Assembly (NCBI GenBank): GCA_964016885.1
Contig: OZ024741.1
Coordinates: 157,356,001 to 157,420,000 of the forward strand
Direction: 5' to 3'
DNA from: Eledone cirrhosa
Taxonomy: Eukaryota
Length of the DNA stretch: 64,000 nucleotides
In this document: positions 38,690 to 50,680 of the stretch, piece after piece
Numbering within the stretch: position 1 is the stretch's first letter
How the letters are laid out: each line of letters opens with the position of its first letter
Notes under the pieces: generated by a model
What the model was told of the DNA's origin: nothing
The model's database searches: none
The model's input: only the letters and a program-made list of their open reading frames with translations
Position numbers and translations under genes: made by a program

Positions 38690-40070
38690 TAATAATGTCA
38701 AACAATATTACCAAATCAGAAAAGTCTGCACTCAAACCTCTTCAAAACGATGAAACAATAGTCATAAATAAGCAGATAAAAGTGGTTCTATTGTCATAAC
38801 GGATGCTGAGTATTGTTGAAAAATAGCTGAACTACAGTTGAAGGGCACAACTTTTATAGAGAAATACCTAGAAATAAGATGATTGCATTATAAGGTTTGG
38901 GGATCCAGCCAGATCAGTTGGAGATGGTTGCTTCTGACAGGACCTGCTGGGGTGAGTGTTTGAGGACTCTGTCCACTTATTACTGAGAGGGTCGTTGGGG
39001 AAAAGAAGAAGCATTATAAGGTGGTTCAATAATCTGTTTTTAAAACAACAAAATTCACTTACAACTAATGAAAGCAATTACCTTAACAAATTTTCTAACA
39101 AAGCCAAGCAATTTTTATGGCCCACCAAAAATATATAAATCAAAGGAAATGCCAAATGCAGTAAACTAACACAATAATAAATATGGAAAATTGCTACAAC
39201 CAAAAGATCAAAACCTTAGACCTATCATAGCTGGTCTGGCATGTCCAACTAATCATCTAAGTAAGTTTATTGACATTATTTTAAAGCTACTCTGTACCTA
39301 TCAAGTTTCATTTGGAATGATATTGATTTTTTGTCACATATACCCAAAATGACAGAACCATATTCTGTATTAGTTTTGATGTGGTAAGCCTCTACAATAT
39401 TCCACATAACTTTGGAATTGCAATAGTAAAATATTGGATAAAAAAACATGAATAGGTGATTTCCACTTTATATACCACAGACTGCATATTAGATGCTGCT
39501 ATTCTCATTCTTGAGAATAATATTTTATTTTTCAATGAAAACAAATTAAATACAAATCAGAGGTACAGTCATTGGAACCAAGTTTACTCCAACATGTGCA
39601 AACTTGGTAATGGGTTAGTTAACCTTTAAGCAGTTACATTACTCTATATATACTATTATATTTTCACAATAAAAGCTTTATCTCACATAATTATTTCATA
39701 TAATATTGATTCTATGAGATTTTGATATTATTTATTTTGAGAACAATATCTTAACATCAGTATGATTGGCCAGTTGTGGCCTGTTTGAACAGAAAGAGGT
39801 GAGAGAATTCTGGTCGGATATGGCCAGTTTAAATGCTAAAAGGTTAAAAGAAAAACTATACAGAAAAGTAGTGGAAAATTATAAAATTCCCTTTAGAAAG
39901 TATATAAAGAACTGGTGGGAGAGATTTCTTGATGACTGTTTTATATGGGCAGAATCTTGATTCTTTAGAAGAATTCAGCATCCTCCTGAACAACTTACAT
40001 CAAACCCTAAAATTTATAAAGGAAACAAATACCACAAAATAACCATTTCTGGACATAATGGTTATATAAA
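38690..40070 (+). mobile_element. Highly degenerate Penelope-like RT (family 3), interrupted by a TTAA MITE
   Basis: Fragments IINKADKSGSIVITD, RPIIAGLACPT, FDVVSLY.IP, QIRGTVIGTKF, WERFLDDCF and PFLDIM in PLE RT order. Confidence 0.8.
39619..39848. mobile_element. TTAA-flanked MITE
   Basis: TTAACCTTTAAGCA ... TGCTAAAAGGTTAA, nested in the PLE RT. Confidence 0.75.
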
Positions 40071-41329
40071 AATATCCCCAACATCACAAAAGGTTTTATT
40101 GAAAAATTCAAATTACTTATAAATGGACTAGAATATTGACTTGATTGGACTTTGTTTCATATAAATCGATGTATTTTGTAATTCGTTTTAATATATAGGT
40201 TATCTCTTTTTGATACACTTACTTAGACTTAGAAGCTCCCATGTTTTGAGACATACGAGGCAGCCAAAGTGCTCCAATGATCACAGTCAGTTGCATCTAT
40301 TAATACATCATTCCAACCTATGTTGACAGGTTTCAGGAGTTTGTTGATTTTCTGGCACCAGTTCAGCTTGGGACATTCGCTTCACCTCTTTCCATGGGAG
40401 TACAAATACATACCCTGATTAGCATGTCTCTCACAACATGTTATAACCAGTCAAGTCAACACGTGCACACACAATGGGTTCATTGATGGCCTTCTTTGTT
40501 GGTGAAGAAGTCATCCTACCTGATGCCAAGGATTTTCTGTAGGCATTTGGTGTCAAAAGCATCTAATTGTTTCTCTTGGCTGGTCTTCACAATCCACATC
40601 CCACACCCATGCAGGAGCATTAAAAGCACACTGCTGTTGTAAAAACCCCATCTTCGAAGTGAAAGTGAAAGATTTTTTGCTTCTCCGGATCTTGTTCAGT
40701 TGCTTAAATGCAGTTGAAGTTTTGTCTATTCTGCAATTAATTTCTTTTAAATATCCCCACTTCTGTTGATAGAGCTTCCGAGGTAGGTGAAGTTGGCACA
40801 CACACACACACAGAATGATGAGATGGAGTAAACAGAATAGGACCCCCAAAAAGAGGAAACACAAAGAAAAATAGTTGTTGAGGAGGTCACATAATGGGTG
40901 ACAAAAGGAGTTTGATGAACTAACTAATATCTAATAATAAAGCTGAAGTGAAATTCAAATAGTGAGTGTGTTTTTATAGGCAAAATGACCATCCCCAATT
41001 ATAACAATATCTGTTTCAACAACATACATAGACACACACACACATATATGGACATGCGAAAAGTGAATGGAATAGAAAATAGAATGAGAAATAGAAAAAT
41101 AGATCAGAGTGAGAAGAGAAAGAAAAGGAAATAGATTGTTTTGGAGAAAAAGTATATGTATGTTCAGTCAACCATTATATATACATAAATACATATGTGT
41201 GTGTGTGTAAAAGGTAGTATATGGAATATATTAGTTTAATCCTTGAAATGGCAGGAAGAGGGTCTTAACTATATATATATACTACCTACACTATATATAT
41301 ACGTGCATATATATATATATATATATATA

Positions 41330-41714
41330 TTTCGTTTCTGAATTTGTTTAGCAAGATTCTTTATCTGAAATCGTGTGTTGAAACCGATATTGTTATACTT
41401 TGGGAGGGTCATGTTGCCAGTAAGAAACACACGCACCAGTTGCTTTCACTTCAATTTAATTTATTAAATATTTATAAATTTACAAATTTATAAATTTCTG
41501 GTTGGTTGGTTGGTTCCACAACCAGATAGTTGTTTATATATATATAGTCATAGTTCTTTCGTCACACACACTGTGACCTCTTCAGTGACTGGGGATTTCT
41601 TTCTTCGTTTCTGTGCCTTTCCTTTCTTCTATCCTACGCCATTTTTTGGCGTAGGATAAGTGAAAGCAACTGGTGCGTGTGTTTCTTACTGGCAACATGA
41701 CCCTCCCAAAGTAT

Positions 41715-41720
<6 letters not shown>
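41330..41720. mobile_element. Family-2 PLE pLTR fragment with fold-back (inverted) structure, in (TA)n
   Basis: Minus-strand pLTR 41330-41642, central hairpin TATCCTACGCCA-TTTTT-TGGCGTAGGATA, then plus-strand pLTR end 41660-41720. Confidence 0.85.
41546..41590 (-). ncRNA. Minimal type I hammerhead ribozyme (family-2 PLE)
   Basis: AGTCA-CTGAAGA-G-GTCACA gtgtg TGTGAC-GAA-AG aa CT-A-TGACT. Confidence 0.75.
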
Positions 41721-41768
<48 letters not shown>

Positions 41769-41931
41769 AGGTAGTATGGTGAAATACTAGTGTTGCTACC
41801 AAATCAAGCACTCTATGCACAGGCAGAGTGTATATAATAGAAAAAATGAGGAAGTTTGTTTACAATAGGGCCAATGCCTCTCTCTCTCCCACTCTCTCAT
41901 ATATATATATATATGTGTGTGTATATATGTG

Positions 41932-42073
<142 letters not shown>

Positions 42074-42091
42074 TATACCTTCTCGGTCCAC

Positions 42092-42267
42092 ATACCACAA
42101 CAAAAATATATCTTTTGTCACATGACCAGTCTGAGGAGCAAATCAATACTAGAGTCAGGTCCATAACTCCTATGAGTCACCTTGACCCAAACCTCTGAGA
42201 AACGCGTGTAACAAGTTGGTACGCAATAAATATTTTTCATGTGAAAACGAAACTTCCTAATTTTTTC

Positions 42268-42317
<50 letters not shown>

Positions 42318-42363
42318 AATTCAGTCAAATATGTAAAATTTGGCTTCAACCACCATTTACTCA

Positions 42364-42415
<52 letters not shown>

Positions 42416-42591
42416 GAAAAAAGGAGGAAGTTTCGTTTTCACATGAAAAATATTTATTGCGTACCAACTTGTTACACGCGTTTCTCAGAGGTTTGGGTCA
42501 AGGTGACTCATAGGAGTTATGGACCTGACTCTAGTATTGATTTGCTCCTCAGACTGGTCATGTGACAAAAGATATATTTTTGTTGTGGTAT
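42092..42591. repeat. Near-perfect long inverted repeat (~180-bp unique arms plus (TA)n), each arm with a hammerhead-like motif
   Basis: 42092-42270 is the reverse complement of ~42411-42591; a ~50-bp unique spacer lies between TA tracts. Confidence 0.92.
42125..42220 (+). ncRNA. Candidate type I hammerhead with extended stem II (mirror copy at ~42463-42558, - strand)
   Basis: ACCAGT-CTGAGGA-[~60 nt with internal hairpins]-GAAAC-GCGT-GTA-ACAAGTTGGT; palindromic ACGCGT in stem III. Confidence 0.55.
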
Positions 42592-42939
42592 TTAATGGAG
42601 GCACATGGCTTAGTGGTTAGAGCATTGGCCTTGCAATCGAAAGGTTGTGAGTTCAATTCTCAGACCGGGTGATGTGTTGTTTCCTTGAGCAAGACACTTT
42701 ATTTCACATTGCGCCAGTTTACTCAGTTGTAGAAATGAGATGATAGGACTGGGGTCCCTATCATTCCACAGTGATCGTGGAGGTGCCACGGCAAAAAAGT
42801 ACCCAGCACTCACTGTAAATGAGGTTGGTGTTAGGAAGGGCATCCAGCTGTAGAAATCAAGCCAGAATCAGAACCCGTCCCACCCTTGCAAGCAGGGAAA
42901 AGCGGACGTAAAATGAAATGATGAAATGATGATGATAAA

Positions 42940-43376
42940 CAATAATAAAGTAAGAAGCACAGGACTGTGTATGGTTTATAATTTTTTATTCCCTTAGTAA
43001 AATAAGTTGGATTACTTTGAATAATTAATGAATGAATATTACATAATTTATCTACTAAATTTCGTGGCTGTTTATTAAATATATTTTATTACTTATTTAA
43101 AGATTCACTTCTTTAAAATTTTCAAATGTCAACACTTCCGGTTAGCGATTGTTTAAATAAATATTCATATATTTCTGTCACTAATTTTCTCCTAATGCAG
43201 TTTATATATAATATCGTCTTTTTTTAATGTATCATGGATTACGATTACTGATTAAATAAGACAGATTTCTATGTATTATATATTGTCAATTACGATTTTA
43301 TTTGATGTATTATATCTACATGTATATATACCTGCATATATACACACTACACATGCTAGCAGAAAACCAACCGAAT
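42940..43376 (+). mobile_element. Truncated copy of the non-autonomous Helitron at 52870-53447
   Basis: Colinear similarity from ATAATAAAGTAAGAAGCACAGGACTG to CATGCTAGCAGAAAACCAACCGAA. Confidence 0.75.
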
Positions 43377-43820
43377 GAATGAATGAAATGAATATATATA
43401 AATGTAAGTATGTATGTATACGTACATACATATATGTATACAGACGTACAGTAGTATGTATATATATACACACATATATATGTGTACGTATGGGTTTACC
43501 GAACAAACATGTTCGGTTTGTTTGTAAACAAACAAACAGCCCGAATTATGCCGTACAGTGTTCAGGAAACCATCGTCGCCTTTACGTCTGTATGTACGTA
43601 TACATACATACTTACATTTAAGTATCAGCTGTACTAAGAGTGAGAAATGAAATTTCGTTTCATTCTTTTATATATATATATATATATTGTTATACTTTGG
43701 GAGGGTCATGTTGCCAATAAGAAACACACGCACCAGTTGCTTTCACTTCAATTTATTATAATAAATTTATAAATTTCTGGTTGGTTGGTTGGTTCCACAA
43801 CCAGATAGTTGTTTATATAT

Positions 43821-43865
43821 AGTCATAGTTCTTTCGTCACACACTCTGCGACCTCTTCAGTGACT
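43821..43865 (-). ncRNA. Minimal type I hammerhead ribozyme (family-2 PLE)
   Basis: Same fold as the 3820 copy; the stem II variant GTCGCA/TGTGAC keeps pairing through G-U. Confidence 0.72.
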
Positions 43866-45315
43866 GGGGATTCCTTTCTTTGTTTCTGTGCCTCTCCTTT
43901 GTTCTGTCCTACGCCATTTTGTTTCTGTGTGTGTGTTGTGTGCTCAGTCTGCGCATGCGCCACATCCGGGTGTCTGTGTGTGTTTATGTTCATTTATTTA
44001 TTTGTTTATTTACATGTTACTGATTGGTTGTTTGTTCTATGTGTGTGTGTGTTTTCATTTTGTCCTTAATTGTAAGTTGTGATGTTGCTGTTCCACTCAT
44101 ATTTTCTATTTAATTTTGGTTGTAATTCTTTTATGTTTATTTGCCTCTGTGATTTGTCTAAACATTGCGTCTTTTCTGTGTGTAGATTCTATTTTTATTT
44201 CTATGTTCTCTAATTTACTCTTGTGTTCTATTTTAGCATGTTGGTAGAGTACAGATGATTCTTTATTATCTTGAAGGTCTCGCCAGTGTTCATTTATCCG
44301 TTCCCCTACACTACGAGCTGTCTCACCTATGTACACTATATTTTTGTCTCTACATTTACGGAGGTACCTGGTCTTTCTACTATCTTAATATTGAGTTTAT
44401 GTTTATTTAGGGCCCTTTTAAATTTGTAAGCTAATTCACCTCTAGGGGTTGTATCGATGAACATATTTATTGCTATCATACCATGAGTTTATTCTAATAG
44501 CCTTGTTCCTAGTTCTTTCTATTCTATTCCAAAATTTGCTCCTATACTTGGGGCAGGTCCCATTTATGTCATTATTTACCATGTTCATCGATACAACCCC
44601 TAGAGGTGAATTAGCTTACAAATTTAGAAGGGCCCTAGATAAACATAAACTCAATATTAAGATAGTAGAAAGACCAGGTACCTCCGTAAAAACACTTATT
44701 AGCAAGACATACCCTTTTCAAAGACCCTCATATATAGATAAGAAATGTATAACCTGTAAAATAAGCCCCCATATTAACTGTAAAACTAGAAATGTAGTGT
44801 ATAGCATAAGATGTACTGAAGGACAATGTAGAGACAAAAATATAGTGTACATAGGTGAGACAGCTCGTAGTGTAGGGGAACGGATAAATGAACACTGGCG
44901 AGACCTTCAAGATAATAAAGAATCATCTGTACTCTACCAACATGCTAAAATAGAACACAAGAGTAAATTAGAGAACATAGAAATAAAAATAGAATCTACA
45001 CACAGAAAAGATGCAATGTTTAGACAAATCACAGAGGCAAATAAACATAAAAGAATTACAACCAAAATTAAATAGAAAATATGAGTGGAACAGCAACATC
45101 ACGACTTACAATTAAGGACAAAATGAAAACGCACACACACATAGAACAAACAACCAACCAGTAACATGTAAATAAACAAATAAATAAATGAACATAAACA
45201 CACACAGACACCCAGATGTGGCACATGCGCAGACTGAGCACACAACACACACACAGAAACAAAATGGCGTAGGACAGAACAAAGGAGAGGCACAGAAACA
45301 AAGAAAGGAATCCCC

Positions 45316-45360
45316 AGTCACTGAAGAGGTCACAGAGTGTGTGACGAAAGAACTATGACT
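45316..45360 (+). ncRNA. Minimal type I hammerhead ribozyme (family-2 PLE)
   Basis: AGTCA-CTGAAGA-G-GTCACA gagtg TGTGAC-GAA-AG aa CT-A-TGACT; predicted cleavage after CUA. Confidence 0.78.
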
Positions 45361-46094
45361 ATATATAAACAACTATCTGGTTGTGGAACCAACCAGAAAT
45401 TTATAAATTTATTATAATAAATTGAAGTGAAAGCAACTGGTGCGTGTGTTTCTTATTGGCAACATGACCCTCCCAAAGTATAACAATATCGGTTTCAACA
45501 CACGATTTCAGATAAAGAATCTTGCTAAACAAATTCAGAAACGAAATATATATATATATATATATATATTAAGTATAATGAGTTCAAATCTCAAGCATTC
45601 CTTTACAATGAAAATAGCTCAAAGAAAAGAATATTTCTGAGCCGTGTAATAAATATAAATCAATATATATGATGAAACACAGATACCAACATATCTTTGT
45701 TTATATTGCAAAAGGAATTAAGTTAGCTAGAATGAAATATACTAATTATAATATTACAGCCTGCCTACATCGATTTAAAATAATAAATCAACACAAACAA
45801 ACAGTATTGGCAAATGGCCATGGTGTTTAGACAAATTTAAATTTCAAAATCAAACCTGTTCCGTAGATAAGTTTAAACTTTAAAATCCAAATATATTTCG
45901 AGATAAATAAGTGTAAGGATATCATGTCCCGCTCTCTTCAGTAAACACCCAGAACAAATTGATATGCTTCACTTCCAAATATTTTAAAAGACTGTTTAAC
46001 ACACATGGTTTTACAGTTTCTAGCCAGTCTCATTGAGGTGGTAATGGGAGCAACTGGGATTACAGGGAATATTTTTGTTATGACCCCGTATAAC

Positions 46095-46161
<67 letters not shown>

Positions 46162-46797
46162 CGTTTCTGAATTTGTTGGCAACATGACCCTCCCAAAGTA
46201 TAACAATATATATATATATATTTAGTTATACGGGATTATAATACCATTACTTCCTCAATGAGACAAAATTTGAATGTAACCCAGCTCCGATAATATATAT
46301 ATATATATCCGGGCTGGGTTATTTATAAAAGCTATGTTGAATTAAAATATCAACAAAATGTAATAGAATAACATAATGTTCATGAATAGAGTCAGATGGC
46401 TAACAACAACAACAACAACATCATAGATAAAATAACAGTGAACACATGGAAAATCACCAAAATGACACATAATTGAGGCTAAACAACAGAAACTTATGAA
46501 TTCTTGCTAAATTAATACACTTCTAGTGTTAGTTAGTTTTGGAAACTGTGTTCTAAAGTTCTTTCTTTCTTTGTCTTATTTTATTTTGTACTCAGTAATC
46601 ATAGTAATTAAATGAGAAATCATTGGAAATTGAAATTAATGACTTTAATTCAGTAATTCTCAACCATCTCCACCATTACCACCACCACCAACACCAACAC
46701 CACCACCACGATGTTAGTAGCTGTAGTGGTGGTGGTGGTGCTGCTGTTATTGCTTGTGTATTTGTTGTTGTTATTGCTACTGTTATTATTTTTACTC

Positions 46798-46882
46798 GAC
46801 CTTATTGTAAACCCCCACTGTCCCTGTCTTTGTATTGTCCCCTACATGTCGGCCCTTGTGGCTAATAAATGAAATCATTATT
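46798..46882 (+). mobile_element. Solo 3' terminus of the Tx1-like LINE seen at 51640-52640
   Basis: CCTTATTGTAAACCCCCACTG...GGCCCTTGTGGCTAATAAATGAAATCATTATT is the reverse complement of ~51652-51733. Confidence 0.75.
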
Positions 46883-46890
46883 GTTGTCAT

Positions 46891-47295
46891 GGCGGTGGAT
46901 TGGCAGTATCGGTAGAGGGTCGGACGCCATGCTTTCCAGCATAGTTACGTCCCTTTACGATCTGAGTTCAAATCCCGCCAAGGTTGACTTTGCCTTTCAT
47001 CCTTACGGGGTCGATAAAATAAAGTACCAGTAATGCACTGGTAATTTCTGGCCTTGTGCCTAAAGTAGAAACAATTATTGTTGTCATTACTATTATTGTT
47101 GTTAGGGCGATGGTTTGGCAGTATCGGTAGAGCGTCAGACACTATGCTTTGCAGCATAGAGTTATGGCCCTTTACGCTCTGCGTTTAAATCCCGCCGAGG
47201 TTGACTTTGCCTTTCATCCTCGTGGGGTCGATAGAATAAAGTACCAGTTATGCACTGATATATAATTGCTGGCCTTGTGCCCAAAGTAAAAATAT
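46891..47295 (+). mobile_element. Two tandem family-A SINEs
   Basis: Full-length copies at 46891-47079 and ~47106-47295. Confidence 0.85.
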
Positions 47296-47675
47296 TATTA
47301 TAATTATTGTTGCAGTTATATTTGTTGTTATAGTTATTGTTTGTTGTTGTTGTTGTTGTTATAGTTATCCATTAACATTTGTCCCTATTCTGTACTACAA
47401 AACGAAACTAGTAGTCAAATGTCAATCTATCCCACCACATCTCAAACTACCAACATACAATAAACATTGTGTCATTGTACTGCTATTATTGTCATTGATG
47501 TTGTTGTTGTCATTGATGTGTTGCTGATAGTGGTGGTGGTGGTGTTATTGGTGTTAATAGTGGTACATAGTAGTGTTGATGGTAGTCTATGGGTGTTGAT
47601 GTGGTAGTCATTGTGGTTGTGGTGGAGGTATGATTGCTGATATATGTTTCCCTTCAACTGTGTCATTCATTATGC

Positions 47676-48125
47676 AACACCACCACCACCTTCACCACCT
47701 CCACCAGCACTACCATCATCACCACCACCACCACTACCATCATCACCACCACCACCACTACCATCACCACCACCACCACCACCACCACTACCACCAGCAG
47801 TACCACCACCACCATGATCATCACCACCACCAGCATCACCACCACCACCACCACCACCAGCACCACCACCACTACCATCGTCACCACCACCACTACCATC
47901 ATCACCACCACCACCACCAGCACCGCCAGCATCACCACCACCACCAGCATCACCACCACCGCCAACATCACCACCACCACTATCATCACCACCACCAGCA
48001 TCACCACCACCGCCAGCACCACCACCACCACTACCATCACCACCACCACTACCATCACCACCACCGCCAGCATCACCACCACCACCACCACCACCACCAC
48101 CACCATGATCATATAATCATCACCA
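47676..48125. repeat. (CAC)n-type trinucleotide repeat
   Basis: Directly visible; source of the poly-His/Thr/Val ORFs. Confidence 0.95.
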
Positions 48126-48207
48126 CTATTCTTGACTGCCCCACACCTACTTATGCTAATGTGTCGGTTACAAAAATCACTTTCTCTCATCAGACTTTTA
48201 AATCTTT

Positions 48208-48568
48208 CACATACATACACACACACAAACATACACTCACATACATACAACAAGCCACATGCATTCGAACATACATACACACACACAAACATACACTCAC
48301 ATACATACAACAAGCCACATGCATTCGAACATACATACACACACACAAACATACACTCACATACATACAACAAGCCACATGCATTCGAACATACATACAC
48401 ACACACAAACATACACTCACATACATACAACAAGCCACATGCATTCGAACATACATACACACACACAAACATACACTCACATACATACAACAAGCCACAT
48501 GCATTCGAACATACATACACACACACAAACATACATACAACAAGCCACATGCATTCGAACATACATAT
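48208..48568. repeat. 60-bp-unit minisatellite (~6 near-identical copies)
   Basis: Consecutive 60-nt lines are identical (…CAAGCCACATGCATTCGAAC…). Confidence 0.95.
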
Positions 48569-48706
48569 ACATATATGCAAATATGTGTAAGTATACATAT
48601 GTATGTGTGTGTATACATATACATATATAAAAGATAGTAATGATACATGTCCATGTATACACAAGCACACACACACACTCGTGTGTGTGTGTGTGTGTGT
48701 GTGCGT

Positions 48707-48849
48707 CTGAGTGTGCATACATATATATTTATATGCATATGTACATGTATATATATATATATATATGTTTGCATGTGTGTGTGTACAGACACACGCACAT
48801 ACGTGTGTATGTGTGTGAGTGTGCATACATATATATTTATATGCATATG

Positions 48850-48880
<31 letters not shown>

Positions 48881-48965
48881 ATGTTTGCATGTGTGTGTGT
48901 ACAGACACACGCACATACGTGTGTATGTGTGTGAGTGTGCATACATATATATTTATATGCATATG

Positions 48966-48996
<31 letters not shown>

Positions 48997-49130
48997 ATGT
49001 TTGCATGTGTGTGTGTACAGACACACGCACATACGTGTGTATGTGTGTGAGTGTGCATACATATATATTTATATGCATATGTACATGTATATATATATAT
49101 ATGTTTGCATGTGTGTGTGTACAGACACAC
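48707..49130. repeat. ~112-116-bp-unit tandem repeat built from microsatellite blocks (~3.7 copies)
   Basis: GAGTGTGCATAC...GTACAGACACACGCACATACG repeated. Confidence 0.9.
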
Positions 49131-49152
49131 ACGTGTGTCTGAGCGATATATG

Positions 49153-49187
<35 letters not shown>

Positions 49188-49198
49188 GTATATGTATA

Positions 49199-49313
<115 letters not shown>

Positions 49314-49314
49314 G

Positions 49315-49477
<163 letters not shown>

Positions 49478-49794
49478 GTACATATGCATATAAATATATA
49501 TGTATGCGCACTCAGACACACACACATATATATACAGAAACACACACAAACGCATGAATCGATAATGACTAGTTTATGGCACCAAGCACAGTCATGTGAT
49601 AGTATAAAGAGCCAATGATGTTTACAACAGTAAAGATCAGTTACTTCAACTAAACAGCTACTAATTACTAAATGACAATAAAAAAAACAGCGGATTCTAT
49701 TGGTATTAGTGATGTTCTGCTGGCCTGGTAATAATAAGTTATTCTGATGTTTCACATAATGGTACAAATTGCTTTGTCATCAGGAAGTGTAGCT

Positions 49795-50680
49795 GTGGGC
49801 TGGGGGTGGGTGGGCATGGGTATGTGGTGTAGGTGTAAGGCTGGGTGGGGGGGGGGCATGGCTATGTGGTGTTGGGTGGGGGGGGGCATGGCTATGTGAT
49901 GTTGGTGTTAGGCTGGGTGGGGGGGCATGGCTATGTGATGTTGGTGTTAGGCTGGGTGGGGGGTGGGCATGGCTATGTGGTGTAGGGTGTATGCTGGGTG
50001 GGGGGTGGGCATGGCTATGTGGTGTAGGTGTTGGCTGGGGGAGAGGGGCATGGCTATGTGGTGGAGGTGTGGGCCGGGGAGGAGAGGGGGACATGGCTAT
50101 GTGGTGTAGGTGTAGGCTGGGGAGGAGAGGGGGACATGGCTATGTGGTGTAGGTGTAGGCTGGGGGAGGGGGGGGGGGGCATGGCTATGTGGTGTAGGTG
50201 CGGGCTGGGGGGTATGGATATGTGGTGTAGGTATAGACAGGGGGGGGCATGGCTATGTGGTGTAGGTGTGGGCCGGGGAGGAGAGGGGCATGGCTATGTG
50301 GTGGAGGTGTGGGCCGGGGAGGAGAGGGGGACATGGCTATGTGGTGTAGGTGTAGGCTGGGGGAGGAGGGGGGACATGGCTATGTGGTGTAGGTGTGGGC
50401 CGGGGAGGGGGGGGGGGCATGGCTATGTGGTGTAGGTGTGGGCCGGGGAGGAGAGGGGCATGGCTATGTGGTGTAGGTGTGGGCCGGGGAGGAGGGGGGG
50501 ATGGCTATGTGGTGTAGGTGTAGGCCGGGGGGAGAGGGGCATGGCTATGTGGTGTAGGTGTGGGCCGGGGAGGAGGGGGGAATGGCTATGTGGTGTAAGT
50601 GTGGGCTGGGGGGTATGGATATATGGTGTAGGTATAGACAGGGGGGGGGGGCATGGCTATGTGGTGTAGGTGTGGTTGTA
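49795..50680 (+). repeat. G-rich ~40-bp minisatellite
   Basis: GGCATGGCTATGTGGTGTAGGTGT.GGC.GGGG repeated about 20 times with variable G-runs. Confidence 0.9.

Larger units (their letters stand above)
43686..45546. mobile_element. Head-to-head inverted dimer of 5'-truncated family-2 PLE (GIY-YIG and pLTR on both arms)
   Basis: Minus arm 43686-44582 and plus arm 44581-45546. Both encode YIGETARSVGERINEH and share the same frameshifted end QITEANKHKRITTKIK; flanked by (TA)n. Confidence 0.92.

Noticed and set aside
44470-45075. 201-aa chimeric ORF with a hydrophobic N-terminus fused to GIY-YIG, resembling a membrane-anchored nuclease
   Set aside because: The N-terminus is antisense PLE sequence read across the inversion junction, the start is non-ATG and the C-terminus is frameshifted, so it is most likely accidental.
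48208-48568. CRISPR-like regular repeat
   Set aside because: The units are identical with no unique spacers, there are no cas genes, and the context is eukaryotic.
47630-48637. Poly-histidine 335-aa ORF
   Set aside because: It is (CAC)n plus a 60-bp minisatellite, open in multiple frames, with no splice or domain evidence.
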